Shown here piece by piece: positions 28,357 through 38,774 of a stretch of DNA of 64,000 nt (its first letter is position 1; the number at the start of each line of letters is the position of its first letter). This stretch comes from an uncultured archaeon (GTDB lineage: Archaea; Asgardarchaeota; Heimdallarchaeia; Heimdallarchaeales; Heimdallarchaeaceae), in NCBI GenBank assembly GCA_964534625.1, contig CAZHRF010000009.1, positions 12,935 to 76,934 of the forward strand. The letters run 5' to 3'. The notes under the pieces are model-generated. The model ran no database searches and was not told the DNA's origin. It worked only from the letters and a program-made list of their open reading frames with translations. The position numbers and the translations under genes were made by a program.

Positions 28357-29571
28357 ATGACGGAATTAATAGCCCTAGAAGATTGTTATGAGTGGTATAA
28401 TGAGAAAATCAACTCATATGTTTCCAAACCACGAAGTAAAGCTAAAAGTCGCATTGAAGACATAGAAGAGAAAATAGAAGATGTTTTGGAAACAGCAAAA
28501 CGCTTTGATTATTCCGATAAGAAGGATCCATCTGTTTATGAAAATTATGCCACAACTATTTATGAGAAAACAGTAAAAAAATTTGAAGATTTAAAACGCC
28601 CTGAAAACATTACTTATAATACACTAGATAGATATTATGATGATTGTAATAATACTATTAACTCATATATTGATGTATTATCAAAATATCTCTCTTGGTT
28701 AAAAAGAGATCGATCATTTAAAAACAGAGTTAAATCTTTAGACAGAGCCCTTGGGAAATTACGTAAAGAAGTTTATAACTTCAATACTGATACACTTGTT
28801 AATTACTCAGAGTACAAAAAATATGAGGATGTAGCTATAAATATTAAACGTTTAAGTGAATTAATCGAGAGAAAAAAAGAATTAATTAAACAAATTAACT
28901 CTCATTCTGATAAAATTGAAAAATTCAATCAAATGATTGAAGAGAAAGAAGAAAATCTTAACGAGTTAGTAGAACACCCGGGATTTAATCAATTAGAAGA
29001 AAATGAAAGAAAACTTAATGCTATAAAATTAGCTTTAACTGATGAAATTAGTGATATCAAAAAGCTTGCTAATAAAGTACTAAAAGCTGAAGACAATAAT
29101 AATATAGAACTTGAATATTATGACCGTGATGTCTATAAATCACTAATAAAGGAACCTTTAGAATATTTAATTTCCCAACCTGAAGGTTATAACAGTTTAA
29201 AATTAGCTTTGAACAACTTGAAGAAATTTAGTGAGGATCCAACTGTTCAATTAAAAAAGGACAAGTTGGAACGCGCGTTTGAAAGTATTGATGAAATATT
29301 AGAGGATAGTCTCTTAGAATGGCAAAAAGATTCACAATTCATTACTAAACAAAGTAAAGCAATTAACGATAAATTTGAAGAAATGAATATTCACAGACAA
29401 ATCCAACAACTTAAAGAAAAAATTAGGAATTTAAAAATAGACAGGGATCGTTTGACTATTATAGAGAGGAGAGAACTAAACGAGGTAGAGGAAGAAATTA
29501 AAGAATTAAACGCCTCAATTGAAGAACAAACCGCTAAGTTATTGGATATAGAAATAGAGTTGCAATTTTAA
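28357..29571 (+). CDS. Hypothetical long coiled-coil protein
   Basis: 404-aa E/K-rich heptad pattern; no enzymatic motifs seen. Confidence 0.7.
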   Translation: MTELIALEDCYEWYNEKINSYVSKPRSKAKSRIEDIEEKIEDVLETAKRFDYSDKKDPSVYENYATTIYEKTVKKFEDLKRPENITYNTLDRYYDDCNNTINSYIDVLSKYLSWLKRDRSFKNRVKSLDRALGKLRKEVYNFNTDTLVNYSEYKKYEDVAINIKRLSELIERKKELIKQINSHSDKIEKFNQMIEEKEENLNELVEHPGFNQLEENERKLNAIKLALTDEISDIKKLANKVLKAEDNNNIELEYYDRDVYKSLIKEPLEYLISQPEGYNSLKLALNNLKKFSEDPTVQLKKDKLERAFESIDEILEDSLLEWQKDSQFITKQSKAINDKFEEMNIHRQIQQLKEKIRNLKIDRDRLTIIERRELNEVEEEIKELNASIEEQTAKLLDIEIELQF

Positions 29572-29723
29572 AACCATATTTTAATACAAAACAGCTGATC
29601 AGAACTAAAATGGTTCACGTGAAAAATGTAATGGTTTTATGTATTTATTTTTGTATTCAAACCAGTTTTATCAGTTTCATTCCAATATCATAAAACATTT
29701 AAACAGTATATACCATCTCTTTA

Positions 29724-29993
29724 ATGATGAACGAAAGCGGAACATGGAAAGTAACCCCCCTTAAGTCATGTATCCTTAGTATTCTTGAAAGAAGAGGCGG
29801 AGTCATTATGGAAAGTGATCTTTCCATGCCTTTACATGAGTTGTATGGTCAATTTTCTGAACAAGAGCTCAATAAGGCATTATTAATATTAGAAAATCAA
29901 GGATTGATACATATAACTTGGAGTTCTAAAACTAAACGTAAAATTCAATTAATGACAAATGAAATGGACTTCTTGGCTGTCGGTGAGGACTAA
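29724..29993 (+). CDS. Small winged-helix protein upstream of cdc48
   Basis: ELNKALLILENQGLIHI wHTH pattern. Confidence 0.7.
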   Translation: MMNESGTWKVTPLKSCILSILERRGGVIMESDLSMPLHELYGQFSEQELNKALLILENQGLIHITWSSKTKRKIQLMTNEMDFLAVGED

Positions 29994-30205
29994 CTTTCAT
30001 AATTTTACTGTGGTCTTGTCACTTGAAACAGAAATCACATGTGAAATTTTATATAATTGTAAGTTCATTGATGCATGTAATTTTCTGATATTATCATAAA
30101 AATTCTGTTTATTTAACGTACTAAAATTCCTTCAATAAACAAAGAATTATAAATTGTTCTGAATTATAACAATATAGTAAAAATATAGTCTCTATAGGGA
30201 TAATA

Positions 30206-32392
30206 ATGTCTGATAAAGAAATAAATTTGCGTGTTGCAGAAAGTAAACAACGAGATGTAGGTAGAGGCAAAGTACGTTTAGATAGTATGGCAATGTCTAA
30301 GATTGGTGTTTCGACTGGTGATATTGTAGAAATTGAGGGAAAACGCACAACAACAGCTGTAGCCTGGCCTTCCTACCCGGAAGATTTGAAAAAAGATATT
30401 ATACGTATGGATGGTGTTGTTCGAAGAAATGCTGGTGTCTCCCTTGGAGACAAAGTTACAATAAGAAAAGCAAAAGTCAGTGTGGCTAGACAAATAAATC
30501 TGGCTCCCGAACAAATGTCTGTTAATATTGATTTTAGTTTTGAAAACTTTGTGAAGCGCAAACTTCTTGGGCAACCTTTATCACGCAAAGATACTGTATT
30601 AATCCCCATATTGGGTCGAGCTATACCCTTCTCTGTTGTAAGCACGGTTCCATCTGGTATTGTGGTTGTAACTGAAGCAACTCAACTTAAGGTTTCTGAT
30701 AAACCTATGTCTGAAGGTGAAAAAGCTAGCCCAACGGTGAGTTATGAGGATATAGGGGGATTGCATCAAGAGATACTAAAAATTAGAGAGATGGTAGAAT
30801 TACCGTTAAAGTTTCCGCAATTGTTTGAAAAATTAGGTATAGACCCACCAAAGGGCGTTCTTTTACATGGTCCTCCTGGGTGTGGTAAAACTCTAATTGC
30901 ACGGGCTGTGGCATCAGAATCAGCAGCTCACTTTATTGTTCTTAATGGTCCTGAAATAATGAGTAAGTTTTATGGTGAATCTGAACAAAGGTTACGTGGT
31001 CTGTTTAAAGACGCTGAAGATAATGCACCTTCAATTGTTTTTATTGATGAGATAGACGCAATTGCCCCAAAACGTGAGGATGTAACGGGAGAAGTGGAAA
31101 GACGTGTTGTAGCTCAGTTACTAGCTCTTATGGATGGTTTGGTTTCTAGAGGGCAAGTTATTGTCATAGGCGCCAGCAATAGACCTAATGCCATAGATCC
31201 TGCCTTAAGACGTCCGGGTCGTTTTGACAGAGAAATTGAGATTCATGTTCCAGATAGAGATAGTAGAGAAGAAATACTCCTTATACATACACGAGGCATG
31301 CCCTTATCTCCAAATGTAGATCTCAAAACATTATCTGATGTGACTCATGGTTATGTGGGTGCTGATCTAGAAGCATTGTGTAGAGAAGCAGCGATGAAAA
31401 CTTTGCGCCGTGTTTTACCTAAAGTAGATTTTAGGGAAGAAACCATACCAACAGAAGTATTGGATAAATTAGAAGTTATTCATGATGACTTTTTACAAGC
31501 ACTAAAAGAAATCACACCGACAGCTGTAAGAGAAGTATTTATCGAATCACCCAATGTACCTTGGACAAGTGTTGGTGGTTTAGATGATGTTGTAAACCGA
31601 ATTATAGAGGCTATCGAGTGGCCACTAAAAAATCCAGACGCGTTCAAGCGCATAGGTATTAGCCCTCCAAGAGGTATATTGTTATATGGCCCTCCTGGTT
31701 GTGGTAAAACATTAATTGCACGAGCAGTGGCAACAGAAAGCGAAGCAAATTTTATTAGTGTTAAAGGACCAGAAATTCTTTCTAAATGGGTTGGCGAAAG
31801 CGAAAAAGCTATTCGAGAGGTGTTTAGAAAAGCACGTTTAGCCGCACCTTCTATTGTCTTTTTTGATGAAATGGATTCCCTAACCCCATTGAGAGGAAGA
31901 AGCACAGATAGCAATGTAACAGAACGGGTCATAAGTCAATTACTTACCGAATTAGATGGCCTTGAGGAATTAAAGGATATAGTAGTTTTAGCAGCAACAA
32001 ACCGTCCAGATATTGTAGATCCAGCTCTTCTTAGACCGGGTAGATTCGATAGATTGATTTATGTAAATCCTCCAACTCTAAAAGGAAGAGAAGAAATATT
32101 CAAAATATACACAAAAACAATGCCCCTTGAATCTAATATTAGTATTAAGGAATTGGCAATCGACACTGACGGTTTTGTAGGAAGCGATATAGAGGCTTTG
32201 TGTCGAGAAGCAGGAATGACAGCTTTAAGAGCGGATTTTAATACTCCACAAGTTAAAATGTCTCATTTCAAAGAAGCATTGAAAGATATTCATCCAACTG
32301 TTACACCTGATATGGTCAAATATTTTGATAGCATCTCTGAGAGATTTAAGAGACGAAGTCAAATGAGCACACCAAAGATAGGTTTTTCATAA
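30206..32392 (+). CDS. cdc48: CDC48/VAT AAA+ ATPase
   Basis: N-domain plus two AAA modules: GPPGCGKT twice, IFIDEID/VFFDEMD Walker [11 protein letters not shown] and [10 protein letters not shown]. Confidence 0.97.
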   Translation: MSDKEINLRVAESKQRDVGRGKVRLDSMAMSKIGVSTGDIVEIEGKRTTTAVAWPSYPEDLKKDIIRMDGVVRRNAGVSLGDKVTIRKAKVSVARQINLAPEQMSVNIDFSFENFVKRKLLGQPLSRKDTVLIPILGRAIPFSVVSTVPSGIVVVTEATQLKVSDKPMSEGEKASPTVSYEDIGGLHQEILKIREMVELPLKFPQLFEKLGIDPPKGVLLHGPPGCGKTLIARAVASESAAHFIVLNGPEIMSKFYGESEQRLRGLFKDAEDNAPSIVFIDEIDAIAPKREDVTGEVERRVVAQLLALMDGLVSRGQVIVIGASNRPNAIDPALRRPGRFDREIEIHVPDRDSREEILLIHTRGMPLSPNVDLKTLSDVTHGYVGADLEALCREAAMKTLRRVLPKVDFREETIPTEVLDKLEVIHDDFLQALKEITPTAVREVFIESPNVPWTSVGGLDDVVNRIIEAIEWPLKNPDAFKRIGISPPRGILLYGPPGCGKTLIARAVATESEANFISVKGPEILSKWVGESEKAIREVFRKARLAAPSIVFFDEMDSLTPLRGRSTDSNVTERVISQLLTELDGLEELKDIVVLAATNRPDIVDPALLRPGRFDRLIYVNPPTLKGREEIFKIYTKTMPLESNISIKELAIDTDGFVGSDIEALCREAGMTALRADFNTPQVKMSHFKEALKDIHPTVTPDMVKYFDSISERFKRRSQMSTPKIGFS

Positions 32393-32600
32393 GCTCCTTT
32401 TTCTTTCTTTATCTAATTTAAGAGACAAAACGATCAAACCTAATCTAGTTTTTGGTGAGAATACTTATTACGTCCATTATTGGGGGATGGGTGGCACTTC
32501 AATACAGAAATTAATCCATAATTAAGTTATTCTTTAGTACAATGGAAATATTTTATATAGTTAGAAAATACACTAGTTAGAGTGCATAAAAAGGTGGTTA

Positions 32601-33443
32601 TTGTTGGTTGATTTTTATATTATTGAGAAGAGGAATATGGAAGTCCTTTGTTTATTCCCTATCGATCAGCAAATACACTCACAAAATGAGAAACGTGAAG
32701 ATTACATTGATTTTGTTCTGGAATTTCAAAAAAGAGCAATGGAGCGGTATAAAACAATCGCTACATCTATAGAATTTTCCGATTTTACTGTAATTTTTGC
32801 AGAGAAGTATGATTTCATTTTTTTGTTAATAAGCAATGATGAGGAGGGACTTGAAATAGATTATTCGTTGTTGGACTTTTTCAAAAACATGTTCTTAACT
32901 GCTTTTGAAATAAAAAATAAACGAGCATCGAGAGAACTTCTGAAGGAATTAACTGAAAAAAAACCTTTCTTAAATTCAGCCTCTTTGAGTGAGAATTTAA
33001 TGATCAACCAGATTGTAGATATGCATGTACATGAAGTAGATAAAAAAAACTTATTTGAATGCTTCCAAAATTTATTAGTGTCTTTGTGGAGGGGGATTCT
33101 TGTTTATGTAGAATCGGCGTTTCCAGTAAGATATAGACAATTAATACATAAAATTAAAACTTTCATCGAGTATGAACTTGCTTCACTTCAAGGCTTGCTG
33201 AACCTGTCCGAAGAAGGACTTACTTTTAATGAAGACAAATTAGTAGAAAAAATTTTGATAAATGTTAAAAAAGAATGCATTATGCTATTTGACTTTGTTA
33301 TATCAACTCTAAAAGAAGAATTTGGAGATGATTTAAGTCGAACGATAGTATCGCATGATTTACCTTTAACTGTAAAAAATGAGTGGAATAGAATGGAAAG
33401 TTTAAATCTATTGAAAGAAATAATTAATATAGCTTGGAGTTAA
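32601..33443 (+). CDS. Hypothetical protein (possible N-terminal longin-like fold)
   Basis: 280-aa ORF with AGGTG SD-like motif; 5 bp upstream of the Rab-like gene. Confidence 0.6.
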   Translation: MLVDFYIIEKRNMEVLCLFPIDQQIHSQNEKREDYIDFVLEFQKRAMERYKTIATSIEFSDFTVIFAEKYDFIFLLISNDEEGLEIDYSLLDFFKNMFLTAFEIKNKRASRELLKELTEKKPFLNSASLSENLMINQIVDMHVHEVDKKNLFECFQNLLVSLWRGILVYVESAFPVRYRQLIHKIKTFIEYELASLQGLLNLSEEGLTFNEDKLVEKILINVKKECIMLFDFVISTLKEEFGDDLSRTIVSHDLPLTVKNEWNRMESLNLLKEIINIAWS

Positions 33444-33448
33444 AATAA

Positions 33449-34036
33449 ATGGAACAAATACACAAAATAGTGAGTATTGGTAATGCTTTTGTTGGTAAAA
33501 CCTCATTGGCACGTCGTTATGTTATGGACACTTTTAGCGTTAATTATATACCTACGATGGGAACTAGTTGGTATACAAAAACTGTCCATTTGACTCCTGC
33601 CAATCTAAATGAAAATTTGACGAAGGATTTTTATGTAGATCCTATGGATGTACGTTTAAGTCTGTGGGATACTGGTGGTCAAGAGTTATTTAGCTATTTA
33701 CGACCAAAGTATTATGATGGAGCTAAAGTAGCTATTATCGTTTTTGATATAACCAATAGTAATACCTTTGAAGATGTTGATCTATGGCATGCAGAACTTA
33801 ATGAACATTGTCCAGATATCCCAATAATTCTATGCGGTAACAAATATGACTTGAAAAATGCTCGAGCCTTTCCCCGTGAAGAGGCAGAGAATTATTCAAA
33901 AATTCATAATTTTGACTATATAGAAACATCTGCTTTATCCTCTTATAACGTTGATTTATTATTTAAACACGCCTGTCGGCTTTCAATTCAAAAAAGTATG
34001 AATGTTTTAGAATTTAAGACTGGTCTAATCGTTTAA
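33449..34036 (+). CDS. Rab-like small GTPase
   Basis: GNAFVGKTS, YIPTMG, LWDTGGQE, YYDGA, GNKYD, ETSAL. Confidence 0.92.
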   Translation: MEQIHKIVSIGNAFVGKTSLARRYVMDTFSVNYIPTMGTSWYTKTVHLTPANLNENLTKDFYVDPMDVRLSLWDTGGQELFSYLRPKYYDGAKVAIIVFDITNSNTFEDVDLWHAELNEHCPDIPIILCGNKYDLKNARAFPREEAENYSKIHNFDYIETSALSSYNVDLLFKHACRLSIQKSMNVLEFKTGLIV

Positions 34037-34106
34037 ATTGGTTAAATTGCTGTTATGGTGTCGAATAAACATAAGTTTAATTAGTATTTATAATTATAGT
34101 CAAAAC

Positions 34107-35288
34107 ATGAGTACAGACAATGAAATTTCTTATCTAAGTACTACATTTATATCAACTCAAGCTGATGAACCTTTAACTAAAGCTATAGAACGTTTTAGTA
34201 AAAATGTTCGTGAAATATTAGTTTTTGATGAACAAGGAACTTTCTTGGGTTACGTAACTAAAGCTCGCTTAGTAAAAGAATCAAGATTAGCACCTAACTC
34301 AAAAGTGGTCAACTATATTTCTAGAGTTCCAACTGTTCCTGTTGATATTTCTTTGAGTGATGCTGCACGTTCAATCCTTTCTGGGAAACATCGGTCTATA
34401 CCCGTTGAAAAAAATGGTAAAATTATTGGCATTTTTAGGGATGTTGATATTTTATTACATAGTGAAAATGTATTTAAAAATAAAACAGTCGAAGATCTGA
34501 TGTCGCCCAATCCTATTAGAATTGAACCAGATACTACCATTGCCCAATACATAGCATTATGCAGAAATAACAATATAACCAGAGCCCCGGTAACGGATGT
34601 TGATAATAAACTGGTAGGTATTATTAGTCCTCATGATATTACCGATTTAGTATTAACGAGATTTCCTGGTCAGACTTTAGGTGACAGAGGTGGTACTCAA
34701 CATAATGTTCTTGCTACAAAAGTTAATACGTTGATGACAACAAATGTTTTGACGTGTAAACCAGACGAAAATGTTATTGAGGCAATCAAAATCCTGAGGG
34801 ACGCTGATCATAAGGCTTTAATTGTTGTAGATGATGATATACATCCAATAGGCATTTTAACAACTACTGATTTACTAGAATCTGCCAGTGTTCCCCCCAA
34901 AACGAAAGGTTATTATGTACGTGTAATTGGCGATATAGATGATGAGGATATAGATGATGTGGTAGATCTAGGAATGGATTTAGTTAAAAAATACGCTAGC
35001 ACTATTGGGACTTCTGGTCAATTATATATCCATTTCAAAGCATATGAAAAACAAAAATTTAGAGGTTATGTTTCATACCAAGTCAAAATGCGTATAGTGA
35101 CAAATAAAGGCCATACCTATATATCAAAATCTGAAGGCTATGGTCTGTTTGGTGCTCTCAATCTGGCAAAAGATAGACTCGAGAGAGCCATTGTAAGTAG
35201 TAGTGAACTAGCAATTGAACAACGAGAATCACGCGGTAGTCAAAGATATCTCCTAGAAGAAATAGCAGAATTAGAAGAATTAGAATAA
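34107..35288 (+). CDS. Four-CBS protein with C-terminal HPF/RaiA-like domain (HibA-type hibernation factor candidate; ORF track start 34038)
   Basis: Four CBS motifs; C-terminal Y.VKMRIVT..G..YISKSEGY....ALN.A.DRLERAI fits the HPF-like fold. Confidence 0.75.
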   Translation: MSTDNEISYLSTTFISTQADEPLTKAIERFSKNVREILVFDEQGTFLGYVTKARLVKESRLAPNSKVVNYISRVPTVPVDISLSDAARSILSGKHRSIPVEKNGKIIGIFRDVDILLHSENVFKNKTVEDLMSPNPIRIEPDTTIAQYIALCRNNNITRAPVTDVDNKLVGIISPHDITDLVLTRFPGQTLGDRGGTQHNVLATKVNTLMTTNVLTCKPDENVIEAIKILRDADHKALIVVDDDIHPIGILTTTDLLESASVPPKTKGYYVRVIGDIDDEDIDDVVDLGMDLVKKYASTIGTSGQLYIHFKAYEKQKFRGYVSYQVKMRIVTNKGHTYISKSEGYGLFGALNLAKDRLERAIVSSSELAIEQRESRGSQRYLLEEIAELEELE

Positions 35289-35429
35289 TTATTGCTCTCT
35301 TTTCTTTTGTCTTATAATCTCAATTTTTTTCTTCATATTTTTTGTGTGTTTTTAATCTCTATTCTTTTTGTTATACTCATATAGAGACATTCCGATGCAT
35401 TTTTAAAACATCAAAGAAACATTATTTTA

Positions 35430-36482
35430 ATGTCTTCTAGCAATCAAGATAAAAAAAATGATTTTGATTTCTTATTGAATGAAGTTATTGAACCAGGTTA
35501 TTGTATAAGTTGTGGGGGATGTGAAGCCGTTTGTCCTATTTATGTGATTTCAATTGTTGATGACAAACCAGAACTTGTTGGAACATGTATCCCTTGTGGT
35601 GCATGTGTTGATATTTGTTTAAGGATTAAACAAAGAGAAGAACAAAAAGAGTATGTTGAAGGAGATTTGGGCTCAATCTTACGTGTATATAAGGGTAGAA
35701 CTAAATCTGAATATATAGCAAAAGTAGCACAAAACGGAGGTTTTGTTACAACTCTACTTAGTGTCGCCTTTGAAGGGCAGTTAATTGATGCCGCAGTATT
35801 AACAGGTAAAACAAAAAATCCTCTTTCCCCTACACCAACATTTGCTTTAGATGTAGAAACAATAATTAGATCTTCGGGATCAAAATATACCCTTAGTTAT
35901 GTTCTTAAAAAAATGTATGCTGTTAAGAACTCAGATAAGAACAAAGTTGCAGTAGTTGGATTACCTTGTCACTTAGAAACTCTTACTAATATGATGGATG
36001 AGAAATTGCTTGGTACTGATGTAAGAGTAAAGTATAAAATCGGTTTATTCTGTATGGGCAGTTATAACAAACCTAAGTTTGAAGAAGTGATTAAAGAGAA
36101 ATTAGGTGTAGACCTATTATCGATACACAAAATAGATTGTGCTAGAGGTAAATTCTTTTTTGAAACAAAAGAAGGAACAAAAGAAGCAAAAATTGCTGAT
36201 TTTAATAAAAACGCAAAAGCAGAGGGATGTAAATACTGTAAAGATTTCACAGCTGTTTTCAGTGATATATCGGTGGGCAATGTTGGAGTTGAGGATAATG
36301 AAAATATTGTTATCGTTAGAACAGAAACCGGACAAAATTTATTAGACCTTGTGATAGATAAGGATATTTTTGATTTCATAGAAGTTCCCGAAGAGGAATG
36401 GAATGAAGTTTTAGCTGGCGCAATAAGATTAGACAAGATTAAAAAGAAAAGTGCAAAAGACCTCCCAGAACTAAATAGATGA
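35430..36482 (+). CDS. F420 hydrogenase/dehydrogenase beta-subunit family (FrhB/FpoF-like) with N-terminal ferredoxin
   Basis: CISCGGCEAVCP, CIPCGACVDIC, AQNGGFVT, GSKY, VGLPCH, IGLFC, GCKYCKDF, DISVG. Confidence 0.9.
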   Translation: MSSSNQDKKNDFDFLLNEVIEPGYCISCGGCEAVCPIYVISIVDDKPELVGTCIPCGACVDICLRIKQREEQKEYVEGDLGSILRVYKGRTKSEYIAKVAQNGGFVTTLLSVAFEGQLIDAAVLTGKTKNPLSPTPTFALDVETIIRSSGSKYTLSYVLKKMYAVKNSDKNKVAVVGLPCHLETLTNMMDEKLLGTDVRVKYKIGLFCMGSYNKPKFEEVIKEKLGVDLLSIHKIDCARGKFFFETKEGTKEAKIADFNKNAKAEGCKYCKDFTAVFSDISVGNVGVEDNENIVIVRTETGQNLLDLVIDKDIFDFIEVPEEEWNEVLAGAIRLDKIKKKSAKDLPELNR

Positions 36483-37246
36483 GGTGTAATTTGATGATGG
36501 GAAATATAACCATTATCCCTCTCCGCTTGCCTATTGTCAAAAAGGATGATAAATTAAGTCAATTAATCATAAAAAGTATAGAAAAACATTCTTTGATTAT
36601 TGAGGATAATGACATTTTTGTTATAGCTCATACTATAATTTCAAGAATCGAAGGAAAAGAGTATAATCTCTCTAAAATTGATCCCTCTCCCTTTGCTGAA
36701 GTTCTGGCTCGAAAAACTAACAAAGATCCTTGTCTGGTTGAATTAATTTTAAGAGAATCCTTAAGTGTGCTTAAAGTGAAGAATAACAACATAATTACAA
36801 AAACAAAACATGGTTGGATCTGTGCCAATTCGGCAGTTGATCAGTCTAATTCGAAACCTGGTCATGCCATAACTTTACCTGTTGATTCAAATGAATCTGC
36901 TAAACAGATTGGTCAAATTCTTACGAATAACTATTCTAAAAATATTTCGGTGTTGATTTCTGATACTCAAGGTCGGGCATTACGACGTGGAGCAGTGAAT
37001 GTTGCAATTGGAGCGTATAATTTTTCTGTTATAGACGATGCAAGAAAGCGTAGGGATATATTTGGATATCCTTTGAAATCAACTATAATCGGATTGGCTG
37101 ATGAAGTATGTGCTGCTGCAGAGTTGGTGATGGGGCAAGCTGATGAAAAGGCACCTGTTGTGTTGATAAAAGGTTTTAAACAACGGAGTTGTGTGACAAG
37201 TATAGACGAACTTCAATATATTGATGAGAAACGGTTATTTCGATAG
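36479..37246 (+). CDS. cofE: Coenzyme F420-0:L-glutamate ligase
   Basis: SRIEG, ANSAVDQSN, LP.D...SA, ISDTQGRALRRG, ADE..AAAELVMGQADE..PVV. Confidence 0.9.
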   Translation: MRCNLMMGNITIIPLRLPIVKKDDKLSQLIIKSIEKHSLIIEDNDIFVIAHTIISRIEGKEYNLSKIDPSPFAEVLARKTNKDPCLVELILRESLSVLKVKNNNIITKTKHGWICANSAVDQSNSKPGHAITLPVDSNESAKQIGQILTNNYSKNISVLISDTQGRALRRGAVNVAIGAYNFSVIDDARKRRDIFGYPLKSTIIGLADEVCAAAELVMGQADEKAPVVLIKGFKQRSCVTSIDELQYIDEKRLFR

Positions 37247-37383
37247 GTTATTGAGTGAACACTTACTTTAAATAGTAACGTCTAATTATTAAATTATATG
37301 AAGAACAACTTATGGTCTACTAGCCAAATCATAAGTCATAAAAAGATGATTATTAGCTTACATCTTGGGAATGAGGTGTTTAT

Positions 37384-38106
37384 TTGTTTAAAGGTTTAAG
37401 AAAATCTCCCTCTGAAAAAGCGAATGAATTACTTGGAAAAGCAAAACTTTCAGCACAAAAAGGAAACTATAAAGAAGCACATGAATTTGCAAATAAAGCA
37501 GCTGAGATCTTTAAAGATGAAGTAAAAGATCGAAAAAAAGTAGATTTTGCAAAAGCTCTTGTTTATGAGTACAAAGGAGAGTTATCAATTAAAAAAGATA
37601 AAGCACGAGAAGCAGCAAACTTTCTTGGTCGAGCAGGGGGTTTTTATCAACGTTTGAATATGACCTTAGAACTTGAGAGAGTGTATCTCAGACAAGCTCA
37701 AATTCTTAGAATTATAGCTAAAAGGTTTATGAAGGATAGACAATTTTTAGATGCTGCGTCATTTTTTGAACAAGCTGCTATGTGTTATATGAAGCTTAAA
37801 ATGAATTCAGAAGCCATAGACTGTAAAGCAAAATCTTATGTTTCAAGGGCAGCTGCAGAGCAGTCGATTTCTGGGAGAAAAGTTTATTTGAAAAAAGCTG
37901 TAGAATTAATAGGTGAAAAAGGATCAGACGAACCAGTAATTAAGGGTCATTTAGCATATTATAATGCACTATTTAATGAAGTAGAAAAACCAGAAAAGGC
38001 ATTAAGATTTTATGCTGAAGCGTTACAATATTATCAAGTTGGAACATTACAATCAAGAATCGATGAAATTAAAAAGAAAATTGGTGAGCTGACTAAAGAT
38101 ATTTAG
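37384..38106 (+). CDS. TPR/alpha-SNAP-like helical repeat protein
   Basis: Repeated A-rich helices EAANFLGRAGGFY, DAASFFEQAAMCY, KALRFYAEALQYY; GAGGTG SD-like motif upstream. Confidence 0.65.
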   Translation: MFKGLRKSPSEKANELLGKAKLSAQKGNYKEAHEFANKAAEIFKDEVKDRKKVDFAKALVYEYKGELSIKKDKAREAANFLGRAGGFYQRLNMTLELERVYLRQAQILRIIAKRFMKDRQFLDAASFFEQAAMCYMKLKMNSEAIDCKAKSYVSRAAAEQSISGRKVYLKKAVELIGEKGSDEPVIKGHLAYYNALFNEVEKPEKALRFYAEALQYYQVGTLQSRIDEIKKKIGELTKDI

Positions 38107-38259
38107 AACTTTTAGCAATTTGAAGAAGACTAGTATGTTCAAATAATGAAAGACATAGTTTTGTTTCCTTTTTCCTCTATTACTTGTCATGAATAAACTG
38201 GGATTTCTTATTTCGCAATAGTTAAATAGTTGTTCGTTATATTTGCAAATAGTGATTAT

Positions 38260-38526
38260 ATGGTTAGTATATGGCAAGCATTAAAAGTGACACTAATATT
38301 CATATTTTTCGGATTAATACCCTTTATAGTATTCATATTTGCTGTAATAACAATTCAACAAATAATGACCGTGGATGTAAGTGATGGCGTTTCCTTATCA
38401 ATACCTGTTGATAGTGTAGGTGGATTTTTGGGTTTTTCTGTCCTTGCTATTATTAGTGCATTGATTTTTTTCATGGGATTATTTAAGGGAATAGGAGATA
38501 TAACTGAAGCAGCATTAATTGAGTAA
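38260..38526 (+). CDS. Small two-TM membrane protein (ORF track start 38230)
   Basis: Two long hydrophobic helices. Confidence 0.6.
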   Translation: MVSIWQALKVTLIFIFFGLIPFIVFIFAVITIQQIMTVDVSDGVSLSIPVDSVGGFLGFSVLAIISALIFFMGLFKGIGDITEAALIE

Positions 38527-38774
38527 AATAATTATTCAAATTTAATTATTTTATATTTTTTTACGCAGAGCTCTTAAACGACAGCTGTTGTTCTTTTTCT
38601 TATTTTTATTCAAAATTTTGAATTAATTTGCTAACACTTATTAATATGTATAGTCAAAAATTATGTGATACTTTCACAATGAAGGAAATATGTATACCAG
38701 TAAATTTTTACCGTAAATACAAAACTATCACAATATTGTGAATATGTCATTGAACAAGTTGAGAGGTATTTATC

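Noticed and set aside
28357-29571. Coiled-coil protein as SMC/Rad50 or ESCRT-III
   Set aside because: No Walker motifs, hinge, zinc hook or recognisable Snf7 pattern
29724-29993. wHTH gene as an ESCRT-II (Vps25/22) homologue
   Set aside because: Generic winged helix with no ESCRT-specific motif and no ESCRT-III/Vps4 neighbours
32460-32505. G-rich intergenic patch (TTAC..GGGGGATGGGTGG..TTCAA) as another IS-end remnant
   Set aside because: Weak hairpin and a terminus that does not match GTAGTTCAT
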